Shown: one piece after another, positions 30,285-32,000 of the stretch
Numbering within the stretch: position 1 is the stretch's first letter
Layout: the number at the start of each line of letters is the position of its first letter
Source: Candidatus Calditenuaceae archaeon HR02
GTDB lineage: Archaea > Thermoproteota > Nitrososphaeria_A > Caldarchaeales > Calditenuaceae
Length of the DNA: 32,000 nucleotides
Direction: 5' to 3'
Assembly (NCBI GenBank): GCA_002898395.1
Contig: BEHE01000001.1
Location: 54,872-86,871, forward strand
Made by a program: the position numbers and the translations under genes
The notes under the pieces: generated by a model
Seen by the model: the letters and a program-made list of their open reading frames with translations, nothing else
Databases searched by the model: none
Told to the model about the DNA's origin: nothing

Positions 30285-31793
30285 ATGCTAAGACGTGATT
30301 TCATGTGGGGTTTTTCCGAAGCAGGCTTCCAATTTGAGATGGGTTATAGTGATGCGGCGATAGATAGGGAGACGGACTGGTATGTCTGGGTTACAGACCC
30401 GTTTAACATCATGAATAGGGTCGTCAGCGGAGATAGGCCGGAGGATGGGCCAGGCTACTGGGACCTCTTCAAACAGGACCACCGGCTAATATCCGAGCTG
30501 GGAGCAAACACAATGAGAGTAGGGATAGAGTGGAGCAGAATCTTCCCGAAACCTACCCGCGAAGTCAAGGTTAAAACAACCATCGAGAATGGGATAGTGA
30601 AGGATGTCGAGATACCCGCAGAGGGTGAGAGAGAGCTTGAGAGTCTAGCCAGTATGAATGCCCTCAACCACTACCGCGAAATGATAAGAGACATGAAGGA
30701 CAGAGGGTTCAAGGTCATAGTCAATCTAAACCACTTCACCCTACCGATATGGGTTCACGACCCTCTGCGGGCAAGGTCTTCAGCCCTCCGTGAGGGGCCT
30801 CTTGGATGGGTTGATACTGCTAATGTCGTGGAGTTTGTGAAGTATGCACACTTTGTCGGCTCTAGGCTCTCTGACCTTGTCGACATGTGGAGCACCTTCA
30901 ACGAGCCATACGTTGTTTCGGATATTGGCTATGGTCGCTACCCATCCGAGTATGCCTTTCCACCCGGATTCTTCAGTGTCGAGGGTCTAACCAAGGCGCG
31001 GCTTAATCTACTCATGGCACATGCCCGCGGATATGACGAGTTGAAAAAGGTCCTCGGGAAAAACTCGCAAGTAGGAATAATCTATGCGACCTCCGCCATC
31101 GAGCCATGCGATAAGGAGAGTGATGCCGATAAGGGTGCTGCTGAAAAGATGAACCATTTCTCCAACCTCTGGTTCTTCGAGACACTAAGTAAGGGAGAAC
31201 TAGACCGGTCGATGCTCGGCCTACAACCTCCAGAGAAGGTTCCAGAGCTTAAGGACAGGTTTGACTGGATAGGAGTGAATTATTACTCGCGATTAGTAGT
31301 AAGAGCCACGACATTACCAGGCCTACCTTTGCCCTGGACCATTGTTCCCGGGTATGGATTTGCCTGTGAGCCGTCCTCGTTCTCGCTGGCTGGGAGACCT
31401 ACTTCAGAGTTCGGTTGGGAAATCTATCCTGAGGGGTTGAGGAACGTCTTACTAATGCTTCAGAGATATGGGAAGCCCATGATAGTAACTGAAAATGGCA
31501 CGGCAGACAAGTATGACAGGATTAGGCCACAGTTCCTGTTCGCTCATATCGCGGCGGTCGAAGACGCAGTTAAGAGTGGAGCGGATGTCAGAGGGTATCT
31601 TCACTGGAGCTACATAGACAACTTTGAGTGGGCACGCGGATTCGCTATGAAGTTCGGAGTTATTACTTACGACCCCTCAACCAAGAAGAGAAGGCCGCGG
31701 CCATCATATTACATTCTACGGGACATAATACAGCAAAATGGCTTGGACGAGAAGATGCGAAGTACTGCTGAGCTGCTCTATACCCCCCGCTGA
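30285..31793 (+). CDS. Glycoside hydrolase family 1 beta-glycosidase (beta-glucosidase/beta-galactosidase, LacS/CelB-like)
   Basis: 502 aa. FMWGFSEAGFQFEMG, WSTFNEPYVV (acid/base Glu in NEP), IVTENGTAD (nucleophile Glu in TENG) and YLHWSYIDNFEWARGF are GH1 hallmarks. A GGGTG Shine-Dalgarno-like element lies ~10 nt before the ATG. Confidence 0.92.
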   Translation: MLRRDFMWGFSEAGFQFEMGYSDAAIDRETDWYVWVTDPFNIMNRVVSGDRPEDGPGYWDLFKQDHRLISELGANTMRVGIEWSRIFPKPTREVKVKTTIENGIVKDVEIPAEGERELESLASMNALNHYREMIRDMKDRGFKVIVNLNHFTLPIWVHDPLRARSSALREGPLGWVDTANVVEFVKYAHFVGSRLSDLVDMWSTFNEPYVVSDIGYGRYPSEYAFPPGFFSVEGLTKARLNLLMAHARGYDELKKVLGKNSQVGIIYATSAIEPCDKESDADKGAAEKMNHFSNLWFFETLSKGELDRSMLGLQPPEKVPELKDRFDWIGVNYYSRLVVRATTLPGLPLPWTIVPGYGFACEPSSFSLAGRPTSEFGWEIYPEGLRNVLLMLQRYGKPMIVTENGTADKYDRIRPQFLFAHIAAVEDAVKSGADVRGYLHWSYIDNFEWARGFAMKFGVITYDPSTKKRRPRPSYYILRDIIQQNGLDEKMRSTAELLYTPR

Positions 31794-31815
31794 CCAAGAA
31801 TCACAACCCTATGTA

Positions 31816-31820
31816 TTTTT
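31816..31820 (+). terminator. Oligo-T (T5) termination signal after the GH1 gene
   Basis: A TTTTT run lies 23 nt after the TGA at 31791-31793. A second T6 run is at 31917-31922. Confidence 0.4.
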
Positions 31821-32000
31821 GTGAGATCATTATTTCCTAGGGGTTCCCTCTACGCTTCTCTTTGGCAAGCTATCTGTAGCTCTTTTGCTTGAAGCGTCGA
31901 GCGGACCGCCTATTGGGTTTTTTCGGCTCCGTCCTTCTCGGGTCGCCGACTAGCAAGTGTCTATCAAGTGATAAGATTTTCTCCCTTAGGGATGCGCTTG

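Noticed and set aside
31794-32000. Possible tRNA or C/D-box sRNA in the terminal non-coding region, and likewise in the 18097..18213 and 7778..7881 spacers.
   Set aside because: I could find no GTTCRANYC T-loop, no acceptor/anticodon stem geometry, and no RUGAUGA...CUGA box pairs by eye on either strand. A covariance-model scan would be needed for certainty.
1-32000. Search for mobile elements, integrases, CRISPR/cas, toxin-antitoxin or other defence modules, or any obviously foreign island.
   Set aside because: No transposase, integrase, Cas or TA-like ORFs were seen, and I noticed no terminal inverted or direct repeats or tRNA-flanked junctions. Gene content is housekeeping plus sugar catabolism, with uniform coding density.

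Overview
This is a compact, almost fully coding archaeal chromosomal segment with about 40 CDS and intergenic gaps mostly under 110 nt. Archaeal origin is supported by ribosomal proteins L32e/L19e/L18/S19e, RNase P protein subunits Rpp30/Pop5, CDP-archaeol synthase, archaeal-type phosphoglycerate mutase, and A/T-rich TATA boxes about 25-30 nt upstream of many start codons. The gene content fits a thermophilic TACK/crenarchaeote-like lineage, but I cannot name the organism. The window contains, in order:
- 1-1.9 kb: 3' end of a DRG GTPase, a GalT-like HIT enzyme and a MoaD-like beta-grasp protein.
- 1.85-4.6 kb: an L32e-L19e-L18 ribosomal fragment that runs directly into four small membrane-protein genes, including NuoJ-like and NuoK-like ones.
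- 4.6-7.8 kb: a GH57 alpha-amylase-like enzyme and glycerol kinase.
- 7.9-10.5 kb: a membrane-anchored C2H2 zinc-finger protein, CarS, a UPF0201 protein, Rpp30 and Pop5.
- 10.5-14.1 kb: a Tat-export and redox-cofactor neighbourhood. It holds TatC with a C-terminal zinc ribbon, a compact 4-helix heme A synthase, two tandem tatA-type genes (one missing from the ORF track), MoaE and an Mrp/NBP35 Fe-S carrier.
- 14.1-17.5 kb: a GAPN-like aldehyde dehydrogenase, a Nudix hydrolase and ApgM.
- 17.5-21.7 kb: S19e plus a small ORF, a LysE exporter, an ESCRT-III-like protein, a second Nudix hydrolase and a large repeat-built surface glycoprotein.
- 21.7-31.8 kb: a probable beta-glucoside utilisation locus, with an Opp/Dpp-type ABC importer, a Gfo/Idh/MocA oxidoreductase, an orphan paralogous permease and a GH1 beta-glycosidase.

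I found no rRNA, tRNA, CRISPR array, transposase, integrase or recognisable defence genes. I also found no compelling new multi-gene system. The most unusual items are the Tat locus domain architectures and its hidden small tatA-like gene, the membrane-tethered classical C2H2 finger protein, the nuoJ/K-like genes attached to a ribosomal operon fragment, and the orphan divergent permease. All homology calls come from motif recognition by eye, not from searches.
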